Below, in pieces: positions 54,906 to 64,000 of a DNA stretch of 64,000 nt. The translations under genes were made by a program, and so were the position numbers. Every line of letters starts with the position of its first letter. The first letter of the stretch is position 1. The notes under the pieces are model-generated. The model ran no database searches. It had not been told where the DNA came from and saw only the letters and a program-made list of their open reading frames with translations. The DNA is from Candidatus Aminicenantes bacterium (GTDB lineage Bacteria > Acidobacteriota > Aminicenantia > Aminicenantales > JAFGBC01): the NCBI GenBank assembly GCA_963702005.1, contig OY969696.1:2432001-2496000 (forward strand), given 5' to 3'.

Positions 54906-56575
54906 TTTTTCTCGTAGACGACCGCGCCGCCCAAGATCGTTGTGAGCGCTTCGGTCGTCAGGATCTCCTTGGGCTCGACCCTGAACAGGTCCTTGGACAT
55001 AATGACGAGGTCAGCGAGCTTGCCCGGCTCGAGCGAGCCCTTGATCCCTTCTTCGAAGGAGGCGTAGGCCGCGCCCTTCGTGAACAGGGTGATCGCCTCG
55101 GCCATGGTCAGCTTCTGCTCCGGGAACCAGCCTCCTTCCGGGACGTCGAACTCGATGCTCTTGCGGGTCACGGCCGAGTATAATCCCCGCATCGGGTCGA
55201 GCGGCTCGACCGGCCAGTCCGAGCCGAAGGCGATCCGGGCGCCGGCGTCGAGGAGGGTTCGCCAGGCATAGGCGTACTTGGACCGCTCGAGCCCGATCCG
55301 CCGTTCGCAGAAGCGCATGTCGGTCGTGCAGTGGGTGGGCTGCATCGAGGCGATAACGCCCAGCGCCTTGAACCGCGCGAAATCGGACGGTGCGATGACC
55401 TGGGCATGTTCGATCCAATGGCGCAGGTCCTTCATCCCGAAGCTCAGCTCGGCCTTCTCGACCGCGTTCAGGACCCAGTTGACGCCCTTGTCGCCGATGG
55501 CGTGGGTTCCGGTCTGGTAGCCGTTCTCATGGGCTTTGGCGATCAGGGCCGCGAATTTCTCCTCGGGATATTGGGGGAGGCCCGTCTTCCCGGGCTCGTC
55601 GGCGAAGGGCGCGAACAGTAAGGCGGTCCCCGAACCCAGCGTTCCGTCGATGAACAGCTTAAGGAATCCGACCCGGACGAGGTCGTCGCCCTGTCCCCGG
55701 CGGATGCCTTTGGCGATGTAGCTGTCCAGGCCCTCGACGGGGAGCCAGGCATAGACCCTGAGGGTCATCTTTCCCTGGTCCCTCAGCTTCTTGTAGAGGC
55801 CGAGCTCGGCGTACGAGGCCGAGGTGTGGACGCCGGTCAGGCCGAGCTTGGCCGCGTGCTCGAGCGCGCGCAGAATGTCCTCCTCGAGCGTGGATTTGAC
55901 GGCGGTCCGTTTGACCTTAATCAGGGATGTCGCGACCTCGGTCAGAATGCCGGTCGGCTCGCCCGTCTTGGCGTCCTTGAGAATTTCGCCGCCGAACGGG
56001 TTGGCGGTGTCCTTGCTGATGCCCGATTGGGTCAGGGCCAGGCTGTTGACCCAGATCGAATGGCCGTCGACGCGCTCGATGACAACAGGATTGGCGGGCG
56101 ACACTTTATCCAGGTCGGCCTTGGACGGCCAGAGGCCGCCCGGAAACAGGGAGTGGTCGTACTCGACGCCGAAAACGGAAGCCCCGGGCGGAAGCTCCTT
56201 GATCTTGGCCGCGATCATCTCTTGGACTTTTTCGACGGAGCGGACGCCGCGGAAGCTGAGCGAGATCAGGGATCGGCCTCCCGAGCTGAAATGGGTGTGG
56301 GCGTCGATCAGTCCCGGGATGACCAGGCGCCCCGCGGCGTCGATGACCCGCGTTCCGGGGCCGATCCAGGCGGCGATATCTTCGTCCGTGCCGACCGCGG
56401 CGATTTTACCGTCCTTGGCGGCGAGGGCTTCGGCCCAGGGCTTGGCGTCCCAGGCGGTGAAGATCTTAGCGTTGCGGACGACGAGGTCGCCCTTGTCTTG
56501 GCCGGGCGCGGACGAGGCGGAGCCGATTGTTGAAAATAAAAGGAAAGCTGCGGCGAGCGCGATTGGTTTTTTCAT
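54902..56575 (-). CDS. Amidohydrolase 3 family (YtcJ-like), secreted
   Basis: PGLIDAHTH, DGH, KLFIDGTLGSGTA, HAIGD, IEHAQ, SMQPTH, FGSDWPV. Confidence 0.92.
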   Translation of the reverse strand: MKKPIALAAAFLLFSTIGSASSAPGQDKGDLVVRNAKIFTAWDAKPWAEALAAKDGKIAAVGTDEDIAAWIGPGTRVIDAAGRLVIPGLIDAHTHFSSGGRSLISLSFRGVRSVEKVQEMIAAKIKELPPGASVFGVEYDHSLFPGGLWPSKADLDKVSPANPVVIERVDGHSIWVNSLALTQSGISKDTANPFGGEILKDAKTGEPTGILTEVATSLIKVKRTAVKSTLEEDILRALEHAAKLGLTGVHTSASYAELGLYKKLRDQGKMTLRVYAWLPVEGLDSYIAKGIRRGQGDDLVRVGFLKLFIDGTLGSGTALLFAPFADEPGKTGLPQYPEEKFAALIAKAHENGYQTGTHAIGDKGVNWVLNAVEKAELSFGMKDLRHWIEHAQVIAPSDFARFKALGVIASMQPTHCTTDMRFCERRIGLERSKYAYAWRTLLDAGARIAFGSDWPVEPLDPMRGLYSAVTRKSIEFDVPEGGWFPEQKLTMAEAITLFTKGAAYASFEEGIKGSLEPGKLADLVIMSKDLFRVEPKEILTTEALTTILGGAVVYEKK

Positions 56576-56647
56576 GGCGAGGCCATCTTAGCAAAAGCTC
56601 TCGCCCCGGGTCAAAGGCTTGCCGGCTCTATAAAGACCCTTCCAGTT

Positions 56648-56717
56648 AAATGGTGACGCTTATCTGTTTGCCGAATTTCAGCCGGGGAAAAAAGGGACAT
56701 AGATTAGCGTCACGTTT
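56648..56717. repeat. Imperfect intergenic inverted repeat
   Basis: AAATGGTGACGCTTATCT and AGATTAGCGTCACGTTT. Confidence 0.55.
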
Positions 56718-56756
56718 GAGGTAAAATGGAAGAGGCTTTGCGACAAGGAGCCTTAT

Positions 56757-57908
56757 ATGGCGCAAGACAAGTTGCTGCTAATCCCGGGTCCGAGCCCGGT
56801 GCTGCCCCGCATCCTGAAGCGGCTGGCCGCTCCCACGGTGTCCCACGTCAGTCCCGAGATGGGAGCCGACCTTAAAGAGGCCGTCGCCAATCTCAAGAAG
56901 ATCGTATTCTGCAAGAGGGGAGAGGCCTTCATCGTGGCCGGCGCGGGGACCCTGGCCATGGAGATGGCGCTTCTCAACACGATCGGCCCGGGGGAGAAAA
57001 TCCTTGTCCTGTCTCAAGGCTATTTCGGGGACAGAATGGCCGACATCGGCCGCGCCTTCGGCTTGAGCGTCGACCTCAGCCAGAGCCGCTGGGGGACGGT
57101 CGTTGCGCCGGATCAGCTCGCCGCCGCTCTCGGCAAAGCTGACTATCGGGCCGTCGTCGTCACCCATGTCGACACCGCGACCGGCTCCTGCGCCCCCATC
57201 GAAGATTACGCGAAGGCCGTCCGTCCGGCTGGAGCCCTGTTCATCGTGGACGGGGTTTGCGCGACGGGAGGCATTCCGGAGCGAATGGACGACTGGGGGA
57301 TCGATGTCGTTTTCACGGCCGCCCAGAAGTGCTTCGGCGCGCCGCCCGGGCTGGCCGTTTTGGTTCTCTCCGAGCGGGCCATGGAGAAGAGAAAAAGCAT
57401 GCCCGCCATCCCGGCCTACTATGCGGACCTTCTGCGTTGGCTTCCGATCATGAACGATCCGGCGAAATATTTCTCGACGCCCTGCGTCAACGAGATCCGG
57501 TCGTTCGCGGAGGGAACTCGGATCATCCTCGAGGAAGGGATCGAGACCCGGTTCCGGCGTCACGCTCTTTTCGCCCGCGCCATCCGGGCCGGCCTTTCGA
57601 TCCTCGGGTTTGCGTTTTTGACCGAACCCTCTTGTCTGGCCGACACGCTTTCCGTCGTCGTTTACCCCGAAGGGATCGAAGATAAGGCCTTCCGCGGCCG
57701 CTACGCGGAGAAGGGAGTCGTCGTAGCGGGAGGCTTGGCCCAGACGGCGGGCAAGGTCTTCCGGATGGGCCATATGGGGAATCTGACCCAAGACCAGCTC
57801 GAATTCGCGCTAGGCGCCCTCGAAGAAACGCTTAGCGACCTCGGCGTTCACCACGAACGGGGCGTCGCCGTTGCCGCAGCTCGCGAAATTCTGGAGGATA
57901 GGCCATGA
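56757..57908 (+). CDS. Class V aminotransferase (serine-pyruvate / alanine-glyoxylate type)
   Basis: IPGPS, GTLAME, HVDTATG, VDGV, AAQKCFGAPPG, FRMGHMG. Confidence 0.92.
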   Translation: MAQDKLLLIPGPSPVLPRILKRLAAPTVSHVSPEMGADLKEAVANLKKIVFCKRGEAFIVAGAGTLAMEMALLNTIGPGEKILVLSQGYFGDRMADIGRAFGLSVDLSQSRWGTVVAPDQLAAALGKADYRAVVVTHVDTATGSCAPIEDYAKAVRPAGALFIVDGVCATGGIPERMDDWGIDVVFTAAQKCFGAPPGLAVLVLSERAMEKRKSMPAIPAYYADLLRWLPIMNDPAKYFSTPCVNEIRSFAEGTRIILEEGIETRFRRHALFARAIRAGLSILGFAFLTEPSCLADTLSVVVYPEGIEDKAFRGRYAEKGVVVAGGLAQTAGKVFRMGHMGNLTQDQLEFALGALEETLSDLGVHHERGVAVAAAREILEDRP

Positions 57909-58978
57909 AGAGCAGAGTTTATTTTATCCAAGCCCACAGCCGCGAAGACGCCAAGGTCTTGTCGGACAAGGCCGAGAAGGTGTTACTTGCCACCGGTTGG
58001 GCCAAGAAGATCGACGAGGGCGATTTCGTCGCCCTGAAAATCCATTTTGGCGAGAAGAATAACACGGGCTATATCAAGGCGCCCTGGATCAACGGAGTCA
58101 TCCGTCGCGTCAAGGAGCGAACCGAGCACGCCTTCCTGGCCGAGACGAGCACGCTCTACACCGGCTCGCGGTCCAACGCCGTCGATCACATCCGTCTGGC
58201 CTGGAGCCACGGCTTCACCCCCCGGGAGGTCGAAGATCTTCCCATTCTGATCATGGACGGACTCTTGGGAGGGAATTTCGAGGAGGTCAAGGTCAAGGCG
58301 GGAACGCTCCGCTCGGCCAAAATCGCCTCGGGGATCGTCCGTTCCGACGCGCTCCTCTGCCTTAGCCACCTCACCGGTCACGTCCTGAGCGGGGTCGGCG
58401 GCGCCATCAAGAACCTGGGCATGGGCTGCGCCGCTCGGCCCGGCAAGCTCGAGCAGCACGCCGTCCTCCATCCGCGCGTCAACGCCAAATCCTGCCGGAA
58501 CTGCGGCCTGTGCACGGAGTTCTGCCCGGCCGGAGCCATTGTCCAGGCCGAGGGCCACGTCGTCATCGACGACGCCAAATGCATAGGGTGCGGGGAATGC
58601 CTCGTTGCCTGTAAGAAAGGCGCGGTCAAATTCCGCTGGGACGAGGACGCGGCCCGGGTCCAGGAAAAAATGGCCGAGTATGCCCGGGCCGTCCAAACCC
58701 TGTTCAAAGGCAAGATCGCCTTTGTGAACTTCGCCCTCAAGATCACCAAGGACTGCGATTGTATGTCGACAAGCCAGCCTTCTATCGTCGAGGACATTGG
58801 GATTCTGTCCTCGACGGATCCGGTTGCCCTTGATCAAGCTTCAGCCGATATTGTCGTGGAGCGGGCGGGAAAGGACGTTTTCCGGAAGGGCTACGACGTC
58901 GACTGGGCGGCCCAGCTTCGCTACGGCGAGAAGATCGGATTGGGACGGACCGCATACGACCTCGTCGAGCTCGGCTGA
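57905..58978 (+). CDS. DUF362 protein with a 2x[4Fe-4S] ferredoxin domain
   Basis: KIHFGE, LYTGSRSNA, GGAIKNLGMGC, two CxxCxxCxxxC motifs, CDC, DPVALD. Confidence 0.9.
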   Translation: MKSRVYFIQAHSREDAKVLSDKAEKVLLATGWAKKIDEGDFVALKIHFGEKNNTGYIKAPWINGVIRRVKERTEHAFLAETSTLYTGSRSNAVDHIRLAWSHGFTPREVEDLPILIMDGLLGGNFEEVKVKAGTLRSAKIASGIVRSDALLCLSHLTGHVLSGVGGAIKNLGMGCAARPGKLEQHAVLHPRVNAKSCRNCGLCTEFCPAGAIVQAEGHVVIDDAKCIGCGECLVACKKGAVKFRWDEDAARVQEKMAEYARAVQTLFKGKIAFVNFALKITKDCDCMSTSQPSIVEDIGILSSTDPVALDQASADIVVERAGKDVFRKGYDVDWAAQLRYGEKIGLGRTAYDLVELG

Positions 58979-59015
58979 AATCGGCCGAACCACATCAACG
59001 TCGTGGCGTCGAAAT

Positions 59016-59390
59016 TCAAGGCCGTTTTTGAATTTTTTGACAAACACCGCAAGAAGGCCGGCTGGGTTTTAATCCCAGGATGAGTTCTTCCTTGCGCCGC
59101 CGGCTTAAGGACTTGACGGCGCATTCCCGTGACAGGGCCAAGGCCCGGTTGCCGCACTCCTCCCGGTAGACTAGAACGACCGGGCGATGAGTTTGGGTAT
59201 AGGCAGATGCCGTGCCTTCCTGATGCTGCCGAAGCCGGCGATCCACATCGGTTGTCACTCCGGTATAGAAGGAGCCGTCGCGGCATTCCAGAATGTAGAG
59301 GGACCAAACGGCCCCCCGGGTTGCGCCCTGCGACGGTTGGTCCGGCTTGGCGCTCATCCTCCGAAGCATGCGGCGGTAGGGCGGTTTCAT
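59016..59390 (-). CDS. GIY-YIG nuclease (UPF0213 type)
   Basis: YILECRDGSFYTGVTTDVDRRLRQH...RPVVLVYRE...E; start set to ATG 59390 (a downstream ATG is possible). Confidence 0.85.
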   Translation of the reverse strand: MKPPYRRMLRRMSAKPDQPSQGATRGAVWSLYILECRDGSFYTGVTTDVDRRLRQHQEGTASAYTQTHRPVVLVYREECGNRALALSRECAVKSLSRRRKEELILGLKPSRPSCGVCQKIQKRP

Positions 59391-59497
59391 TTCGGAACTA
59401 TAGCGCCTGCGGCGCTGCGATGTCAATTGCCGCGCGCGGCTCGGCACCCTTTTGACCGGTCTTGAACGAGGTCGATGCCGAGGCGCGAAAGATAGCT

Positions 59498-59860
59498 TTA
59501 TTCGAGGACCTCTTCGTCCTCGAGGCGCCAGGCCGGGTCCACGATGCAGAGGAAAAGGAGGGGTCCGCTGCCGATATTTTCGATCCACTGGACGGCGCCG
59601 GGCGGAATGTAGACGGCCTGGTGGGCCTTGACCGGGGCCGACTCTTCATCGACGTGCATCCGGCCCGCCCCTTGGAGGATGTAGTAGACTTCCGATGTCC
59701 GCAGGCGGTGCCGTTTGGTCGTCCGTCCCGCCGGCACCATGGCGTGGGCCAAGCTGTAGCGGAGAGCCACAGGTTCTTTGCGGGGATTGAGCAGCTCGCG
59801 GAGCCGGGCGTGATCCCCGGATATAAATTCCGCCGCTTCGGCTAAGTCCTTGATGATCAT
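59498..59860 (-). CDS. Cupin-domain protein
   Basis: SLAHA, HRL..SEVYYILQG.G, YIPPG..QWIEN. Confidence 0.88.
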   Translation of the reverse strand: MIIKDLAEAAEFISGDHARLRELLNPRKEPVALRYSLAHAMVPAGRTTKRHRLRTSEVYYILQGAGRMHVDEESAPVKAHQAVYIPPGAVQWIENIGSGPLLFLCIVDPAWRLEDEEVLE

Positions 59861-59885
59861 CGGCGATGCGCGTGAGAGGAAGCCA

Positions 59886-59963
59886 TGGTCGGGGAGGTGG
59901 GATTCGAACCCACGACCCCAGCGTCCCGAACGCTGTGCGCTAGCCAGGCTGCGCTACTCCCCG
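59886..59963 (-). tRNA. tRNA-Pro(CGG)
   Basis: CGGGGAGTAGCGCAGCCTGGCTAGCGCA-CAGCG TT CGG GA CGCTG-GGGTCGTGGGTTCGAATCCCAC-CTCCCCGACCA; cloverleaf with encoded CCA. Confidence 0.97.
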
Positions 59964-60067
59964 GGCCAGTTGGCGCCATCCATTATAACCTGATTCCAAA
60001 AAAGTGCAACCCCAACTGAGACTCGCCGCTTCCTCGGAAGGGCTCGGGGGTGGAGATGCTTGTGAAT

Positions 60068-60859
60068 TCAGGCTGGCCTGAAGCGGGCGACTTGGGGATG
60101 GGCTAAAAATTCCCAGCGCCCGCGGACGCCGGCGGACAGGGCCCCCAGCTCGAGATGGACCATGGCGATACCGCAGTCGAGCCGCTTGGAGACGCGTCCG
60201 GCGTCTTTTTCGGTATCCGCGCTGACGAGGATGGAGTCTTTCTCGATGCCGAAGCGCCATGGCTGGCGGTTGACGGCCGAGGGCGCCAAGCGTGCTGCTT
60301 CAAGGGCTTTTTCCATCCAGGGTGCGGAGGGGATCCCCGACATTACGAGCTCGGACAACGGTTTCTTTTTCGTTGCCCTGACGAGCCCTTTCATGAGCTT
60401 TTCGGCGCCGGCTAATGCCTCGGGCGCGTGCCCGACGGGTGTTACGGCCAAGATTCGTTCGCCGGCCGCCAAGCGAAGGCAGGCCTCCGCCGCTTCGCGC
60501 CGGAAGAAGCCGCCCACCCAGCAGGTTTGGAGGCCGAGCGCGGTCGATTCGAGGATGATGCCTTCGCCCGTGTAGCCGACGGCTTCCTGGAGGCGGGGCG
60601 CGGCCTCGATGCCGATGAAGGCGATAAAGGCGGGCGCGGCTTTGATCCGGCCGTAGCCGCCGATGAGGCCTTTAAAAATATTTTCAGGAGCTTGATCGAC
60701 AAGATCCGCCCGCGCTTCGGCGAAAGGCCGGAACTCGCCGCAAGCGCGCGCCAACCGAACCCGGACTTCGGTCCCGAGCGGCCGACCCGTGAAAACTCGG
60801 CGGGAGGTCCTTTGGAAGATGGCCGGATGCCAGCGCTCCCAGGGCAGGCTGGTATTCAT
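60068..60859 (-). CDS. Nitroreductase-family protein (TM1586-like)
   Basis: RTSRR, LGLQTCWVGG, ARLAPSAVNRQPW, LDCGIAMVH; start at ATG 60859. Confidence 0.85.
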   Translation of the reverse strand: MNTSLPWERWHPAIFQRTSRRVFTGRPLGTEVRVRLARACGEFRPFAEARADLVDQAPENIFKGLIGGYGRIKAAPAFIAFIGIEAAPRLQEAVGYTGEGIILESTALGLQTCWVGGFFRREAAEACLRLAAGERILAVTPVGHAPEALAGAEKLMKGLVRATKKKPLSELVMSGIPSAPWMEKALEAARLAPSAVNRQPWRFGIEKDSILVSADTEKDAGRVSKRLDCGIAMVHLELGALSAGVRGRWEFLAHPQVARFRPA

Positions 60860-60869
60860 GGCGGCGTCT

Positions 60870-63584
60870 CTATCCGGTCCGATAGACCTTTTTCCTGAGA
60901 TAGGCTTTGATGAGCTCCATGCTGACCAGGACGAAGGCGCCGAAGCCAAGGATCATCTCCATGTCCTTGGCCGAGGGCATCAGGACTCCGAAGGACCGGC
61001 GCAGGGAAGGGATGAGGACGAGCCCGAAGGTCAGGACGAGCTGGGAAAGGACCGACAGGGCGAGCCACTTGTGGGGCCTGAGCTTGAAGAAACTGTATTT
61101 GATCGACCTCGAATTCAGGGCGACTAAAAGCTCGATGACGATGAACAGGAAAAAGACCTCGGTTCGGGCGTGAGCGATGTCCTTGAGGTCGTGGAGGAAG
61201 ATGAACAGGAAGAACGGGCTCCAGAGAAAGACGGCCATGACCAGGAAGATGACGAAATCCTTGGAGAAGACCTTTTCGTTGGGGTCGCGGGGCGGCCGCT
61301 TCATGATGTCGGGGTCGGGTGGCGAGATTCCCAAGGCCAGGGCGGGCAGGCCGTCCGTGGCCAAGTTGATATACAGGATGGCGGCGGGCAGGAGCGGTAG
61401 ATATTCGGGGCCCAGAGCCAGGACGCCGCCCCCGATGACGATGACCTCGATGATGTTGCAGCGGAGGAGATATACGAGGTATTTCTTGATGTTGTCGTAG
61501 ATCCAGCGGCCGCGCTCGATGGCCGCTACGATCGTCGCGAAGTTGTCGTCGCTGAGAACCATGTCGGCGGCTTCCTTGGCGACGTCGGTCCCGGTGATCC
61601 CCATGGCGACGCCGATGTCGGCCTGCTTAAGGGCCGGGGCGTCGTTGACGCCGTCCCCGGTCATGGCCACGACCTCGCCCCGTTTCTTCCAGGCCCGGAC
61701 GATCTTGATCTTGTCCATGGGTGAGACGCGGGCATACAGGGTGACCTTATCCACGATCCGCTCCAACTCTTCCTCGCCCATCTTCTCGAGGTCGTCGCCA
61801 GTCAGGGCCAGGTCGCCCTCCCGATAAATCCCGATCTCCTTGGCCACGGCCAGAGCCGTCAGCTTATGGTCGCCCGTGATCATGACCGGCTTAATCTTGA
61901 CCTCGCGGCAAGTCCGGATGGCCTCCTTGACCTCGTCGCGGGGAGGATCGATCATGCCCTGGAGTCCGAGGAAGGTCATCTCGGCCTCGAGGGACTCGAC
62001 CTTCGTCTCGAGCTCGCCTTTGACCTCCCGGCAGGCGAACCCCAGGACGCGAAGGGCCCCGCCGGCCATGGCCTCGTTGGCCTTATGAACGGCTTCTCGG
62101 TCCGGCCCGGTCAGGCTGCGGACGGCGCCGTCGGCCATGATCCGCGAGCAGCGCTCAAGGACGAGCTCCGGCGCGCCCTTCATGAAGGCGAACGTCCGGC
62201 CGTCCTCCATACGGTGAATGGTCGTCATCCGCTTCCGTTCCGAGCTGAAGGGGATTTCCTCGACGCGCTCGTTCTCGATCCGGAGCTCGACCGTGTTCAG
62301 CCCCGCTTTGGCGGCGGCCACGATCAGCGAGCCCTCGGTCGGATCGCCCTTGACGAACCACTTGCCGTCCTTTTCGTCCAGCGAAGCGTCGTTGCAAAGG
62401 ACGCCGGACTTGAGGAGGAGGTCGAGGGTCTGATCCGTGAGCGGAGAGGCCGCGCCGTAGCCCTTGAATTCGCCCTTGGGGTCGTAGCCGGCGCCGCTGA
62501 CCTCGGCCATCCGGCTCGAGACGAAGACCTTGCGGACGGTCATCTCGCCCTTGGTCAGCGTCCCGGTTTTATCCGAGCAGATAACGGTCGTACAGCCCAG
62601 CGTTTCAACGGCCGGCATCTTGCGGATGAGGGCGTTCTTCTTGGCCATCTGGTGCATGCCGATCGCCAGCGATCCGGTGACGATGGCCGCCAAAGCCTCG
62701 GGGACGGCGGCCACGGCCAGGGCGATCGCGAACATAACGAGCTGGATGAGGAAGGGGAGGGTGATCCGGCCTCCCGGCGTCAGGCCCTCCCGGACGACGC
62801 TGATGGCGACGATCAGAAGGCAGATTACGAGGGAGATGATGCCCAGCCACTTGCCGATCTCGCGGGTCCTTTTTTCGAGCGGGGTTTCGACCTTTTCGAC
62901 CTGGGCGACCTCCTCGGCGATCTTGCCGAACTCGGTATTGGCCCCGGTGTCGGTGACGACGGCCTTGCCGCGGCCGTAGCTGACCGTCGTCCCGGTGAAG
63001 ACCATGTTGCTGCGATCGCTGACATGGAGCTCCGAGGGGAGCGGCCTGATGTCCTTGTCAACCGGGACGGATTCCCCGGTCAGCGGGGCTTCGTCGCACT
63101 TCAGGGAAGCGGATTCGATCAGGCGGGCGTCGGCCGGAATCTTGTAGCCGGCCTCGAGGAGCATGATGTCGCCGGGGACGACATCCTTGGTCGGGATGTC
63201 CTGCTCACGGCCGTCGCGGATGACCCGGATAATGGGCGACAGCATCTGCTTTAGGGCTTCCAGGGCCCGCTCGGCCCGGTACTCCTGGACGAATCCGAGG
63301 GCGGCGCAGAAGACCACGATAACAAGGATCAGGGCGGCATCGAAGATCTCGCCGACCAGGGCGGACAGGACGGTCGCCACGAGCAGAATGATGATGAGGA
63401 CGTTTTTGAACTGGCGGAAAAAGACCGTCCAGGGCGATGTTTTTTCCTCGGCTTTTAGCTCGTTGGGACCGTAGGTTGCCAGCCTGTTTCGGACCTCGGC
63501 GTCGCTCAACCCGCGGACGGGATCGGTCCGGAGTTTATCCAGGGTTTGGGCGGCGTCCAGGGCGTGCCAGGGTGTCGTGTTCAT
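60870..63584 (-). CDS. P-type cation-transporting ATPase (P2A, Ca2+-type)
   Basis: LTGES, PEAL, CSDKTGT, KGAPE, MITGD, TGDGVNDAPAL, INLATDGLPALAL. Confidence 0.95.
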   Translation of the reverse strand: MNTTPWHALDAAQTLDKLRTDPVRGLSDAEVRNRLATYGPNELKAEEKTSPWTVFFRQFKNVLIIILLVATVLSALVGEIFDAALILVIVVFCAALGFVQEYRAERALEALKQMLSPIIRVIRDGREQDIPTKDVVPGDIMLLEAGYKIPADARLIESASLKCDEAPLTGESVPVDKDIRPLPSELHVSDRSNMVFTGTTVSYGRGKAVVTDTGANTEFGKIAEEVAQVEKVETPLEKRTREIGKWLGIISLVICLLIVAISVVREGLTPGGRITLPFLIQLVMFAIALAVAAVPEALAAIVTGSLAIGMHQMAKKNALIRKMPAVETLGCTTVICSDKTGTLTKGEMTVRKVFVSSRMAEVSGAGYDPKGEFKGYGAASPLTDQTLDLLLKSGVLCNDASLDEKDGKWFVKGDPTEGSLIVAAAKAGLNTVELRIENERVEEIPFSSERKRMTTIHRMEDGRTFAFMKGAPELVLERCSRIMADGAVRSLTGPDREAVHKANEAMAGGALRVLGFACREVKGELETKVESLEAEMTFLGLQGMIDPPRDEVKEAIRTCREVKIKPVMITGDHKLTALAVAKEIGIYREGDLALTGDDLEKMGEEELERIVDKVTLYARVSPMDKIKIVRAWKKRGEVVAMTGDGVNDAPALKQADIGVAMGITGTDVAKEAADMVLSDDNFATIVAAIERGRWIYDNIKKYLVYLLRCNIIEVIVIGGGVLALGPEYLPLLPAAILYINLATDGLPALALGISPPDPDIMKRPPRDPNEKVFSKDFVIFLVMAVFLWSPFFLFIFLHDLKDIAHARTEVFFLFIVIELLVALNSRSIKYSFFKLRPHKWLALSVLSQLVLTFGLVLIPSLRRSFGVLMPSAKDMEMILGFGAFVLVSMELIKAYLRKKVYRTG

Positions 63585-63665
63585 TACGGCATCCTTGATT
63601 TCAAAGATTGTTTTGCAGGCGCTAATGATACCAGATGCCGCTAGCTTTTCAAAATAATTGGAAAT

Positions 63666-63719
63666 AATTCTGGGGACACACGACTTAATTCGTGAATTAA
63701 GTCGTGTGTCCCCAGAATT
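63666..63719. repeat. Perfect 26-bp palindrome with a 2-nt centre
   Basis: AATTCTGGGGACACACGACTTAATTC-GT-GAATTAAGTCGTGTGTCCCCAGAATT. Confidence 0.95.
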
Positions 63720-63788
63720 GACTTTAGCAATGAGAGGGAGTAATTTTAATCCTTTGCCTATGATTGGATATTATCAAGGAGTTCATCG

Positions 63789-64000
63789 ATGAAATGTATC
63801 CGTCGGTTCGCCGTTCTGATTTTAGTTCTGGCCGCGGCTTTGGCCGTCTCGGCCGACGAGGGGATGTGGCTGCCCCACCAGATCAAGGACCTCGCCCTCC
63901 AATCCCAGGGTCTCCGCATAAACCCGGACGACCTCTATAAAAAGGACGGAACGGGCTTGATGAGCGCCGTCGTCAACCTGGGCGGCGGGACGGGCGAATT
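63789..64000 (+). CDS. S46-family dipeptidyl peptidase, runs off the window end
   Basis: SD AAGGAG; signal peptide then ADEGMWLP; AVVNLGGGTGEF. Confidence 0.85.
   Translation, partial: MKCIRRFAVLILVLAAALAVSADEGMWLPHQIKDLALQSQGLRINPDDLYKKDGTGLMSAVVNLGGGTGE

Noticed and set aside
59012-59040. Possible terminator hairpin AAATTCAA/TTGAATTT
   Set aside because: Weak AT-rich stem; plausible between convergent genes but not supportable.
59016-59390. GIY-YIG protein as a homing endonuclease or defence nuclease
   Set aside because: Short stand-alone UPF0213 type with no intron, intein or defence context.
59886-59963. tRNA-Pro as an integration site for an island
   Set aside because: No integrase nearby, and I saw no duplicated tRNA 3' end on manual reading.

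Overview
GC-rich bacterial chromosomal window, densely coding (about 50 CDS and one tRNA-Pro(CGG)). The many secreted peptidases and amidohydrolases (two M14, S9, S46, HtrA), GH97, TPR lipoprotein and beta-barrel protein fit a diderm, proteolytic anaerobe; Ca. Aminicenantes is my guess, not established. Two recognisable systems: a type IV minor-pilin operon (fimT/U-pilV-pilW-pilX-pilY1, 20445-26724) whose PilY1 carries an N-terminal FG-GAP repeat region, and a divergent lexA-dinB-dnaE2 mutagenesis cassette (27029-31761) with no imuA and a perfect TGTTC-N4-GAACA palindrome at its promoter. The least explained signal is non-coding: a modular hairpin repeat family with conserved ends (10765-10833, 31759-32115, 52230-52311; relatives at 18328 and 49945). 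Its right end supplies a -35 hexamer to downstream promoters, and its longest copy abuts a truncated gene remnant. Other points: a serine hydrolase lacking its catalytic residues, a 1383-aa M14 protein with an internal duplication, several apparently leaderless genes, an RHH gene with a likely operator, and NrdR-like boxes before a SpoIID/LytB gene. No CRISPR array, integrase, transposase or rRNA was seen. All calls come from manual motif reading, without database searches.
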